Source: Candidatus Latescibacterota bacterium (lineage in GTDB: Bacteria; Latescibacterota; UBA2968). From it: 64,000 nucleotides of DNA. The stretch spans positions 4,128,001 through 4,192,000 of the forward strand of contig OZ242320.1 in assembly GCA_965208125.1 (NCBI GenBank). Direction: 5' to 3'. The position numbers and the translations under genes were made by a program. The notes under the pieces are model-generated. The model saw nothing but the letters and a program-made list of their open reading frames with translations, did no database searches and was not told where the DNA came from. Numbering within the stretch: the first letter of the stretch is position 1; the number at the start of each line of letters is the position of its first letter. Positions 28,582 through 37,503 of the stretch are shown here, one piece after another.

Positions 28582-28615
28582 CATCGTGCAGACTGTCTCA
28601 ATTACCGACTACCTT
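28582..28615 (-). repeat. 34-nt copy of the PhyH 3' end and its downstream flank (matches 24274-24307)
   Basis: catcgtgcagactgtctcaa(t/c)t(a/g)ccgactacctt, 2 mismatches. Confidence 0.9.
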
Positions 28616-28623
28616 TCAAAAAA

Positions 28624-29346
28624 TCACAGTTTCTTGCCTATCGCGCAGAAGACATTGTCATAGGATTCGCCCAGATCCGAGGCGCGAAATATGTGGATGT
28701 CCTGGAACCCGGCTGCTAAGTACAGGTTCTGGACTTCCTTCTCGTCAAAATAGTGCCAAAAGACCGGGCCCTCCCCGTCCTCGCTCTTGAGAACTAAGTC
28801 ACCTTCTTCCAGGCCTTCGTTCTGGTCAATCCCCTCGTATCTCATGTCATCGGTAACACGGGGGAGTGTAGAGGCACCATCGTGAACCGAAAGGGACATA
28901 AGTCCGGCAGAGGTGAGAACTCGAAAGGCTTCACTCGCGAGGGTCTTGCGAGCTCGCGCAGTGGGGACGTTGGCAAGAACCTGACTCCATAAAGTAACTA
29001 TGTCATATGAATCATCCGGTTCTGAAAATATGGCTCCATCTGTAACTTCAAACTCGACCTGGCTACCGGATTCAGCGGCTATACTTCGGGCCGCTGAAAC
29101 AAGCGTATCGGATATGTCTATTCCCTTCACGCGAAAGCCCAGACTTTCAAGGGCAAAGGCTTCACGTCCAGCGCCACATCCTACGACCAGAGCACGGCCG
29201 ACATCCGGAAAGAATCGGTCAAACATGGCCTGTTCCCATCTGCGCAGTCCTTCGCTGACCCTCCGTACGTACTTCTCAGTTGCCTGAGCAGTAGAGTAGC
29301 TATGTCGTACCTGACGGGCCAAATCACTTTTCTTTTTTTTATTCAC
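28624..29346 (-). CDS. Class I SAM-dependent methyltransferase (start uncertain)
   Basis: LVVGCGAGRE, GIDIS and EAFRVL. GTG 29346 chosen as the likely start. Confidence 0.8.
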   Translation of the reverse strand: MNKKKKSDLARQVRHSYSTAQATEKYVRRVSEGLRRWEQAMFDRFFPDVGRALVVGCGAGREAFALESLGFRVKGIDISDTLVSAARSIAAESGSQVEFEVTDGAIFSEPDDSYDIVTLWSQVLANVPTARARKTLASEAFRVLTSAGLMSLSVHDGASTLPRVTDDMRYEGIDQNEGLEEGDLVLKSEDGEGPVFWHYFDEKEVQNLYLAAGFQDIHIFRASDLGESYDNVFCAIGKKL

Positions 29347-29400
29347 TTTTTGCAATCGAGTATATAAGATTGAAAATAAATACCTTACAAGAAACATTGC

Positions 29401-29429
29401 TTGATGCTAAATTGAAAACCAACTATATT
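29401..29429 (+). promoter_or_regulatory. Candidate sigma70-type promoter in the AT-rich divergent spacer
   Basis: TTGATG-17 nt-TATATT upstream of 29527. Confidence 0.3.
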
Positions 29430-29526
29430 CTCTTACATCTCATTAGAGATAGACTACTACCGTTTTGTTTCATGCTTGGCTTAAGAGTCCTCAGCTATTT
29501 TAAACTGCCCAAACCGAGGAGAAATT

Positions 29527-31137
29527 ATGTTGCGAGTCAGCGACCCCGACCTGATCGCCCACTGGCCGTTCCAGGAAAACCTGAATGACCATTCCAAAAG
29601 CGGCCTGTCCATCCAAAATCACGGGGTTGAAATCGGGGAATCAGGCGGACAAAGAAGCGCCCAATTCGACGGGGAGGGAACCTTTATAGAAGTTCCCTGC
29701 GACCTGTCTATAGGGACAGGCGATTTTTCATGCGCCGGATGGATCTATACGGAAGAAACTGAAGTGGTCGGCGATATTCTCAGCCAATTCGATCCGGAAA
29801 CCCGCCAGGGATGGCAGGTCTCGGTCCTCACCAATACCGGCATGACCTCCACCGCCCAATCGAATTACCGCAACCTCCACTTCGGCATCGACAACGGACA
29901 TCTCGGGGCCTGGACGGATTGCGGGCGTCCCGGTCAGGCGGTCAAGGTATCTGCACTTTCAACAATAGGTGGATACCTGTACGCTGGCACCTTCGAGAAC
30001 GGCAAAGAAGAGGTCGGCCACCTGTGGCGCTATGAAGGGGAGAAACGCTGGACCGATCTGGGCAATCCAGTCGGATGCAACTCCGTCAACGCCGTCGTCG
30101 AATTTCAAGGCGCGCTCTACTGCGCTCTTGGCCGGTATAATAGCATCGGCTCCGCTCTGGGCGATCCCCTGAACACCACCCCCGGCGGCCAGGTCTATCG
30201 GGTTGATGCTGATGGTCAATGGACTTTCTGTGGGCATCCAGGTATCGAAGACGCCACACCCGAAGAAACACCTACCACGGGGCACAACACGGGCAAAGCC
30301 GATAACGCCACCGCCCTCACAGTTTATCAGGGTCGGCTCTACGCCACCAGCCTCTATCGCGAGGGGGCCTTTGTCTATGATGGCGGCACCACCTGGACGC
30401 CCATAGGTCCAGACGTGCGGCTGATGAGTTTCACCATCTATCGGGATCGGCTCTATACCCTCGTCAACGGCGGCCCGGTTCTTCGCTACGAAGGCGGCGT
30501 CGAATGGACCGACTGCGGTTGCCCCGAAACTTCTACCCAGACCTACTCGGCGGTCACTTTTGAGGGCCAGCTTTATGTCGGCACCTGGCCTCAGGGAGAA
30601 GTCTATCGATATGACGGCAATACGACCTGGACCTGTCTGGGCCGGGTCGGATACGAACGCGAAATCATGGCCATGGGACTTTACAACGGCAAGGTCTATA
30701 TTGGCTCGCTCCCAATGGCCAATGTCTGGCGGATGGATGGTAATCAGTTCACATTCCTGGCGTCTCTGGACAGCACGTCTGCGCCCTTGCGGCGGGTCTG
30801 GTCCATGGCCGTTTATCAGGGCCGCCTCTATGCTGGCACCCTGCCGTCTGGGCATGTCTATTCAGTCGAAGCCGGAAAAGTCGCCACCTGGGACCACACA
30901 TTTCCCGAAGGGTGGCGACACGTAGCCGCTGTCAAGCAAGGCGGTGTTCTGACCCTGTACGTCGATGGAATTCCCGTCGCTACAACAGACAGCTTCAATC
31001 CAAAACGCTACGACCTCAACCCCAACTGTCCCCTCTTAATCGGCTTTGGTACCCACGACTATTTCAAAGGCGCCCTGCGAGACATCCGTATCTATCGCCG
31101 GGGCCTCACACAACGGGAAATCCAGCGCCTTCAGTGA
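29527..31137 (+). CDS. LamG/concanavalin-like domain protein with an inserted beta-propeller
   Basis: LamG N-half (WPFQE...FDG...DFSCAGWI) and C-half (WRHVAAV...LYVDG...FKGALRDIRIY) flank repeats of G.LY.GT...G.V.RY.G...W. Confidence 0.75.
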   Translation: MLRVSDPDLIAHWPFQENLNDHSKSGLSIQNHGVEIGESGGQRSAQFDGEGTFIEVPCDLSIGTGDFSCAGWIYTEETEVVGDILSQFDPETRQGWQVSVLTNTGMTSTAQSNYRNLHFGIDNGHLGAWTDCGRPGQAVKVSALSTIGGYLYAGTFENGKEEVGHLWRYEGEKRWTDLGNPVGCNSVNAVVEFQGALYCALGRYNSIGSALGDPLNTTPGGQVYRVDADGQWTFCGHPGIEDATPEETPTTGHNTGKADNATALTVYQGRLYATSLYREGAFVYDGGTTWTPIGPDVRLMSFTIYRDRLYTLVNGGPVLRYEGGVEWTDCGCPETSTQTYSAVTFEGQLYVGTWPQGEVYRYDGNTTWTCLGRVGYEREIMAMGLYNGKVYIGSLPMANVWRMDGNQFTFLASLDSTSAPLRRVWSMAVYQGRLYAGTLPSGHVYSVEAGKVATWDHTFPEGWRHVAAVKQGGVLTLYVDGIPVATTDSFNPKRYDLNPNCPLLIGFGTHDYFKGALRDIRIYRRGLTQREIQRLQ

Positions 31138-32141
31138 CGGCTCTTCAGCCACCAGCGCATGGTATTACTGACCATATCCGCTGCGTCTCGTTGAACCCAA
31201 TGGCCGCTGCTGGGGATGGTGACGAGTGTGTAGTCTTTGTTGATCCAATTCCACGTGTCGCGTAACCCGTCTTTGTCAACAGCCTTGTCTTTCAACCCGT
31301 GGAATTGCAATACGGGCATGGTGAGATTGGGCATCTCCAGGCTCTGGCCAGACCCCGCAGTTAGACCGCTATAGGCCGCCCGGTAGTAGTCGAGCATGCC
31401 CTTGACCGAGGATTGGGAGAACGCATTGATGTAGCGCTGCCGCACTTCGTCTGAGGCATTACCCACCGAAATACGTGTAAGCACCTCGGGCGAGAACCGT
31501 TTTTCGTATCCAGGCGTTTGAAAGTCGGTAATGTATTGCGTATTCCTCTTTTGCTCTGCCGTCGCGTTACGCAGCACGGTGCCGTAGCCCTTCGGGTGAG
31601 TCAGATTGCAGATCACCAGCTTGTTGACGAGTTGCGGATAGTGCATGGCGAACCGCCACGAAATGGCGCCACCCCAATCGTGACCAACGAGGGTGACCGA
31701 GTCGACCTCCAGATCCTTGATCACAGCTTCGACATCCGACATGAGATGGGACATGGTGTAGTGTTTCACGCCTTCGGGCTTGCCGCTCTTGTTGTAGGCG
31801 CGTGTGTCCATAGCGACGGTCTTATAGTTGTCGGAAAGAGCGGCCATCTGTTCGCGCCAGGTATACCAAAAATCGGGAAAGCCATGGACAAAGAGAATAA
31901 CGGGGCCTTCGCCCAAGGTGACGTAGTGGAGTGCCACCCCGTCGTTATCCGTCTCATGGTGCTCGACGCGGTCGAATACATCCGCCTTGACGTTAGCTAT
32001 CGGGGATTTGACAGCACCCTTTAGGCGTTCCTGCTGCGCCTGTCCCTGGGCGAAGAAAATGCAGGAGCAAAAGGCAGTGACCACCAGTATTGAGCGTGTC
32101 ATGCGTTGTTTGGTTCGTTGTGACGGTTTCATGGCGTTCAT
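31131..32141 (-). CDS. Secreted alpha/beta hydrolase (epoxide hydrolase-like)
   Basis: HGFPDFWYTWR, GHDWGG and SGHWVQ; signal-peptide-like N-terminus. Confidence 0.85.
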   Translation of the reverse strand: MNAMKPSQRTKQRMTRSILVVTAFCSCIFFAQGQAQQERLKGAVKSPIANVKADVFDRVEHHETDNDGVALHYVTLGEGPVILFVHGFPDFWYTWREQMAALSDNYKTVAMDTRAYNKSGKPEGVKHYTMSHLMSDVEAVIKDLEVDSVTLVGHDWGGAISWRFAMHYPQLVNKLVICNLTHPKGYGTVLRNATAEQKRNTQYITDFQTPGYEKRFSPEVLTRISVGNASDEVRQRYINAFSQSSVKGMLDYYRAAYSGLTAGSGQSLEMPNLTMPVLQFHGLKDKAVDKDGLRDTWNWINKDYTLVTIPSSGHWVQRDAADMVSNTMRWWLKSRH

Positions 32142-32161
32142 CGTTCCAATGGTTTGGGGGA

Positions 32162-33364
32162 TCAGGCTTTTGATGTTTGTTGGGCTTCACACGCTTGTTT
32201 CCAGACATGGTGTCTCGCCACCATCTTCTCAACTTTTTCAGGGGCGGTGGCACACAGATCGCGTTGTTCATCTGGATCGGTGCTCAGGTCGAACAGGCCG
32301 TCTGGTTTGCCGTCTGTTGCGTGGAGTTTCAGATTGCCCTCGCGGATCGCGTCCTCTGTTCTATACGTCCAGTGCAGGGGGCGGTCCAAGGGCTGCTCTT
32401 TGCCTTTGAAAAGAGGCCACACGTTTTGGGCGTCAATAACGCGACCATCGGGCACAGTTGCACCGGCGAGAGCGGCGAATGTCGCGTAGAGATCGTAGTG
32501 TACCCAGGGCGTGTTGATTTTTGTATTTGGAGCGATTTTTCCCGGCCAGACCGCGTTGCAGATGACCCTGAGTGAACGCTCCCATAGGGTTCGACCATAA
32601 CCATTGGTTCGGCTGCCTCCCTGATCGCTCAGGAAGACGATGAGCGTGTTTTCCGCAATACCAGCATGGTGTACCGCATCCAGTACGCGTCCCACGCACA
32701 GGTCCAGGTATTCGACCATATATTGGTAGTTTACCAGTGGATCATCGCTGTGATAGTATCCGGGTGGGGCCTGATAGGGACCGTGTGGGGCATAAAAGGC
32801 GAGATTCATGTAGAAGGGCTCGGGTTTTTGGGATTGGCGGTTGATAAATTTGATGGCTTCATCCGTGAACAGGGTGTCGAAGTAACCCTCGTGCGCTATG
32901 GGTTCCAGACCGCGAAAAAAGTGGCTCTTCATGTCGCGGTTGTAAAGGTGGGTGTAGTAGTCGGCATGGCCAGCGTTGCTGCCGTAAAATTCATGAAAGC
33001 CGTGGTGTAGCGGATTGAATTTTTCAGCATATCCCAGGTTCCATTTTCCAAACAGTCCTGTCGTGTATCCGGCATTTCGCAAAAGCCTGGCTATAGAGAC
33101 TTCCTGGAGCGAGAGTCCGGATTCCGGATTATCTGGACGTGTCTGTGAGTTGATGCCAACTCTATACGGATGTCTGCCCGTGTTCCAGGCACAACGCGCA
33201 GGTGAACACAGTGGGGTTGCGATCAGGCAGTTGTCGAATATAACACCCTTGCTTGCCATTGTGTTCAATATGGGAGTTTCGAATATCCCTTCGCCATAAT
33301 AATCGACTGCTTCGCGACCGAGGTTGTCGGCGACCATGAGGATAATATTGGGCTGGTTTTTCAT
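32162..33364 (-). CDS. Sulfatase (Cys type)
   Basis: PNIIL..AD, CSPARCAWNTG, GKWNLG and SDQG. Confidence 0.9.
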   Translation of the reverse strand: MKNQPNIILMVADNLGREAVDYYGEGIFETPILNTMASKGVIFDNCLIATPLCSPARCAWNTGRHPYRVGINSQTRPDNPESGLSLQEVSIARLLRNAGYTTGLFGKWNLGYAEKFNPLHHGFHEFYGSNAGHADYYTHLYNRDMKSHFFRGLEPIAHEGYFDTLFTDEAIKFINRQSQKPEPFYMNLAFYAPHGPYQAPPGYYHSDDPLVNYQYMVEYLDLCVGRVLDAVHHAGIAENTLIVFLSDQGGSRTNGYGRTLWERSLRVICNAVWPGKIAPNTKINTPWVHYDLYATFAALAGATVPDGRVIDAQNVWPLFKGKEQPLDRPLHWTYRTEDAIREGNLKLHATDGKPDGLFDLSTDPDEQRDLCATAPEKVEKMVARHHVWKQACEAQQTSKA

Positions 33365-33418
33365 TGAAATTTTTCTTAATAGGTTGATAAATATAAACTT
33401 GGAGTTGTAAGGACAATA

Positions 33419-34840
33419 TCAGTTTTGAGTCTCGGGATAGCTCGCATTGGCGAGTTCGCACAGTACATCGACCGCGAGGAGGACATCCTCCCTGCGACAG
33501 TCGAATTGCCCGACCTGGAAGCGAATGACGAACTGTCCTTCATGGATCGTCTGCGTCAGGTAGATTCGGCCGTCATCATTGACTGCGCGGAGCAGGCGTT
33601 CGGTGGCGTCGTTGGCGTTTTCACCGTCGGGGGCGTACTGGAACGTGAAGAGCGAAAGGTGGCAGTCCGTTGTCAGGCGAAAGCCGTCCAGCAATGCGAT
33701 CGCGGCGGCGGCTTCTTCAGCCCAGGCAATATGGTTCCGGATGCGCTGTCGGAGGTCTTTGAGGCCGTGGGCGCGGAGCAGGAACCAGAGCTTTAAGGCT
33801 CGGAATCGGCGTCCCAGTGGGATTGTCCACTCGCTGTAATTGGTGATCTCGGTTTGACCGAGGGTCTGGAGGTAATCCGGACGGATGCCGAGGGTGCGAA
33901 CCTGTGGTTCTGGATCCGCAAGAAACTGGATTGAGCAGTCGAACTGCGCACCGAGCCACTTGTGGGGGTTGAAGGCGATGCTGTCGGCTTCCTCGACACC
34001 ATCCCACAACTCCCGTAACTCAGGACAGATCATCGCGGAACCGGCCCATGCGGCGTCAATGTGGACATAGAGATCATGCTCTCGTGCCACTTCGATGGTC
34101 TGGCGCACATGGTCAGATGCGCCAATCGATGTGCCTCCAACACAGAGGACGACACCGGCCGGAAGAAAACCCGCGGCGCGATCTGCGTTGATCGCCCGGC
34201 GGAGTGCCTCCGGGTCGAGTGCCCAGGAACCATCGGTCGGGACTTTGACCAGATTCCGTTGGCCGATACCGGCGATGCGTATCGCCTTGTCAACTGACGA
34301 GTGGGTCTCTGGCGATGCGTAGATCCGGAGTTGTTTCTCTCCCGATATTCCAGAATCGATCCCGCGCCAGCCGAGTGTGCGTTCGCGCATCGTCAGTACG
34401 GCGCAGACATTTGCCGACGTTGCCGTATCCTGGATAACGCCCTGGAACCCTTCTGGTAGCCCGAGCGCCTGTCGCATCCAGTCAACCATCCGAGTCTCAA
34501 TTTCCGTAGCTGCGGGTGAAGTCTGCCAGAGCATGCACTGGGCAGCCATGACCGCCGTCAAATTTTCGGCGATCATCGAAACCGGCGCAGCGTTGGCGCT
34601 GAAGTACGCAAAAAAGCGCCGGTGTTGCCAATGCGTCATGCCGTCCGGCACAATGCGCTCGAAGTCGGCGAAGATCGTCTCCATGCCAGCCGGCTCTTCT
34701 GGTGGCGATAGAGGCAGCATCGCAGCGATCTCGCCCGGTTCGGTCTGCGCTCGTACGGGCCGCTCTTCGAGCGTGGTCAGGTATTCGGCACCCCACTGTG
34801 CAGCTCGTTCAGCCCATTGAAAGTAGTCTTCTCGTTTCAA
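33419..34840 (-). CDS. PLP-dependent aromatic-L-amino-acid decarboxylase family
   Basis: MTHWQH..FFAYF, TSPAATE, HIDAAWAG, NPHKW and LGRRFRALKLWF. Confidence 0.9.
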   Translation of the reverse strand: MKREDYFQWAERAAQWGAEYLTTLEERPVRAQTEPGEIAAMLPLSPPEEPAGMETIFADFERIVPDGMTHWQHRRFFAYFSANAAPVSMIAENLTAVMAAQCMLWQTSPAATEIETRMVDWMRQALGLPEGFQGVIQDTATSANVCAVLTMRERTLGWRGIDSGISGEKQLRIYASPETHSSVDKAIRIAGIGQRNLVKVPTDGSWALDPEALRRAINADRAAGFLPAGVVLCVGGTSIGASDHVRQTIEVAREHDLYVHIDAAWAGSAMICPELRELWDGVEEADSIAFNPHKWLGAQFDCSIQFLADPEPQVRTLGIRPDYLQTLGQTEITNYSEWTIPLGRRFRALKLWFLLRAHGLKDLRQRIRNHIAWAEEAAAAIALLDGFRLTTDCHLSLFTFQYAPDGENANDATERLLRAVNDDGRIYLTQTIHEGQFVIRFQVGQFDCRREDVLLAVDVLCELANASYPETQN

Positions 34841-34874
34841 TGCATTGCGTCCAGGTTTTTAGAAATCCAGTTCT

Positions 34875-35852
34875 TCAAAGGTAATCGCTGACGTCCATTT
34901 CCGGATACGCGTTTTTTATCAGCTCAACGGAGGTGGGCGTGTACATTGCGTCACCGGGTTTCGGCCAGCCGAAGAGACTTCGAACCCTCGATGTCGTTTT
35001 TCCCAAAAAGGGTTTCAAGCGCCGAATCACTTCAGCTTCCCTTTTTCCGGTTGATGTCCAGGGCATGGTGTCTCTGCGTCCTATTGAAAAGAAGATGACG
35101 GCACGTTGCCTGTCCTTGTCTGCAAAAGGTTGTGCTGCGTGTGGCGTGTGTCCACTGTAGAAGAGTACGCTGCCAGCTTTCCCTGTGATTGAGACGGGTT
35201 CTTGCGCGTGAAGAATTTTGCGGATATCGGCAAAGCGGTAAGAGTGGGGTACCTTGCGGATGTCGCCAAAGCCCAGGCCGTCGTCTTCAATCACGCGCAA
35301 GATATCGCCCATTTTGTCGTGTACTCCTGGGACCAACCGAACAGGCGCGCAATCTGCATCGATGTCGTCCAGAAAGACCCAGGCCTGAATATGGCCATAC
35401 CGCTGCCAATCCGGGTGAGGGGGTATAAAGGGTTTGGCCCAATCCAGGTGAAATTCGATTTCCGGCTTCGTTGGGGCTTTTCTATCTATTCTGCCGTTTC
35501 GGATATAGACGTAACCATGGTGGTAGTGTATATCAGGCGTATCCAGAAGCTGTTCCAGAGCATCCAGGAAAGGATCGTGTTCCAGAACCTGGTCAATGAC
35601 CTCTACCCCTGTTGGAATGTCACAGAACTCCGATCTGGGGCCGGCCATACCGAGACCTGCTCCAGGCAGTCTCAGATCATTCTCAAGGTCGGGATTGGCC
35701 TTTATTTCTGCAATGAACTCGGAAAAAGATTTTCCATAAGCGTTTTGTTCCGTGGCCTCAAGTACCGCTGACAATTGGCTGGTTGAGAATAGATCCGGGA
35801 CTAAGAGATAGCCCTCTTGTTGATAAGACTCACACTGTTGTGGTGTCAACAT
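34875..35852 (-). CDS. PhyH-family dioxygenase
   Basis: EGYLLVPDL, FHLD, LVPGVH and GKAGSVLFY...PH. Confidence 0.85.
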   Translation of the reverse strand: MLTPQQCESYQQEGYLLVPDLFSTSQLSAVLEATEQNAYGKSFSEFIAEIKANPDLENDLRLPGAGLGMAGPRSEFCDIPTGVEVIDQVLEHDPFLDALEQLLDTPDIHYHHGYVYIRNGRIDRKAPTKPEIEFHLDWAKPFIPPHPDWQRYGHIQAWVFLDDIDADCAPVRLVPGVHDKMGDILRVIEDDGLGFGDIRKVPHSYRFADIRKILHAQEPVSITGKAGSVLFYSGHTPHAAQPFADKDRQRAVIFFSIGRRDTMPWTSTGKREAEVIRRLKPFLGKTTSRVRSLFGWPKPGDAMYTPTSVELIKNAYPEMDVSDYL

Positions 35853-35876
35853 TTTCGATTTCCTTTCATAAATCGT

Positions 35877-37484
35877 CTAAATTTCATCGTCATCCAGAGC
35901 GCGCTGTCCTTCAAACGGTCCCCAGTGAATACGCGCTCTGGTTTTTCTATCGCTCTTGTAAATCTCTGGGTCATAATCCGGGTTTGCCTTCGGGAATCGC
36001 GCCTTGACCAGTTCGAGATAGCGCATCATCTCGTCGTAGAGTTTCTGGTGTGTTTCCGGATTTTGCTTTGCAATATTGGTGACCTCGCCAATGTCGCCAG
36101 ATAGGTCGAACAACATTGGAATATCTGGTCGTTCGTAAAAATGGATCACTTTGGACGAACCAGAAATAATGACCGAATGTGGCATAGAATTCCGATAATG
36201 AGGATAATGAAAATAGAGATAGCGATTTAGAAAGGCCTCGTCCGGTTCTTTTCCCGCCATGTAATCGGCGAGGCTGACACCGTCGATGTTCTGCAATTTT
36301 TCCGAGTCGCCCCCAGCCCAATCAACGAAGGTGGGTAAGAAATCATAGTTGATCACATTGCCGGTAAAAACTGAGCCGGATTTGACTCCTGGGCCCTTGA
36401 CAATCATAGGTACCCGGATGCCTCCATCCCACAACCACCACTTTGTTGCGTGTAACGGTTGCTTGTAGTCGGGTATGATTTCGACTTCTTCGTGTCGGTA
36501 GCCGTTGTCACCCACTACGATGACATAGGTGTTATCCTCGATTCCCAGTTCCCTGAGCTTGTCGAGCACCGCGCCGATCCGACCATCCAGGTCCTCACCC
36601 ATCCCCAACCAGATTGCGGGATCATCTCCCCGGTTGACTGTTTCGGGATGTTTATTGTTTTTCTTATACCACTCCTGCACCAGTGGGTGATTCACATACT
36701 TTTCACGCGTTTTATCCAGGCATTCATAACCCGCATGCATGGCATAATGAGATATCTGGAGATAAAAGGGATTGTTTTTTTCTACCTGTTCTTCCATAAA
36801 GCCAATTGCCTTTTCAGTAATGCTGAACATCAATTTGGGATCGACCATATCTTTTGGCAGGCGCCTGGGCGTCCGCTCGCCCCTCTCCAGGCCGTATTTC
36901 AGCGTATTGCCGGGATTATTATCGGTAGCACCATCGTGTAATACGTAGCCCGCCTTTGCAGGATCGCCTCTCATGTGCCATTTGCCAATGTGGGCGCTGA
37001 CATAACCCAGAGGTTTGAGAGCTTTGGGAATGGTGACAGCGTCTTCGTCGAGTTCTCGGTCGGACACGTTCGGAACCAGCGGGAAATGCCGATATTCCCT
37101 TTTCGTGTCGTAGTAGGGCTCTCTTGCCCCCAGATATACCGTGAAACCACTGTGTGGAGCAGACTGCCCTGTCTGTACGCACACACGAGCAGGTGCACAT
37201 TGGGGCGCTCCATAGGCATTGCGAAACTTCATGCCCTCATTTGCCAGCTTTTGGATGTTCGGCATTTGCAAGACCGGCATCAGGGAGTTCTCCATGGTGT
37301 CATCCATGGCAACCGGTGATCCGTTCCAGGCCCAGTCATCGATGTAAAACATGACAATGTTGGGCCTGGATTGCGCCTGAGATCCCGATTGCGTGTTGGA
37401 TTTGGCCTGTGCGGCCTGACTGCGAACGGCGAAGGTCCCAATCACAATCGCAATCCATAGGATGAGTTTTATAAAAAGGATCAT
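35877..37484 (-). CDS. Secreted sulfatase (Cys type)
   Basis: Signal peptide, [27 protein letters not shown] and GGIRVP. Start ATG 37484 after AGGAGG. Confidence 0.9.
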   Translation of the reverse strand: MILFIKLILWIAIVIGTFAVRSQAAQAKSNTQSGSQAQSRPNIVMFYIDDWAWNGSPVAMDDTMENSLMPVLQMPNIQKLANEGMKFRNAYGAPQCAPARVCVQTGQSAPHSGFTVYLGAREPYYDTKREYRHFPLVPNVSDRELDEDAVTIPKALKPLGYVSAHIGKWHMRGDPAKAGYVLHDGATDNNPGNTLKYGLERGERTPRRLPKDMVDPKLMFSITEKAIGFMEEQVEKNNPFYLQISHYAMHAGYECLDKTREKYVNHPLVQEWYKKNNKHPETVNRGDDPAIWLGMGEDLDGRIGAVLDKLRELGIEDNTYVIVVGDNGYRHEEVEIIPDYKQPLHATKWWLWDGGIRVPMIVKGPGVKSGSVFTGNVINYDFLPTFVDWAGGDSEKLQNIDGVSLADYMAGKEPDEAFLNRYLYFHYPHYRNSMPHSVIISGSSKVIHFYERPDIPMLFDLSGDIGEVTNIAKQNPETHQKLYDEMMRYLELVKARFPKANPDYDPEIYKSDRKTRARIHWGPFEGQRALDDDEI

Positions 37485-37503
37485 ATATTCCTCCTGTTGG
37501 ACA

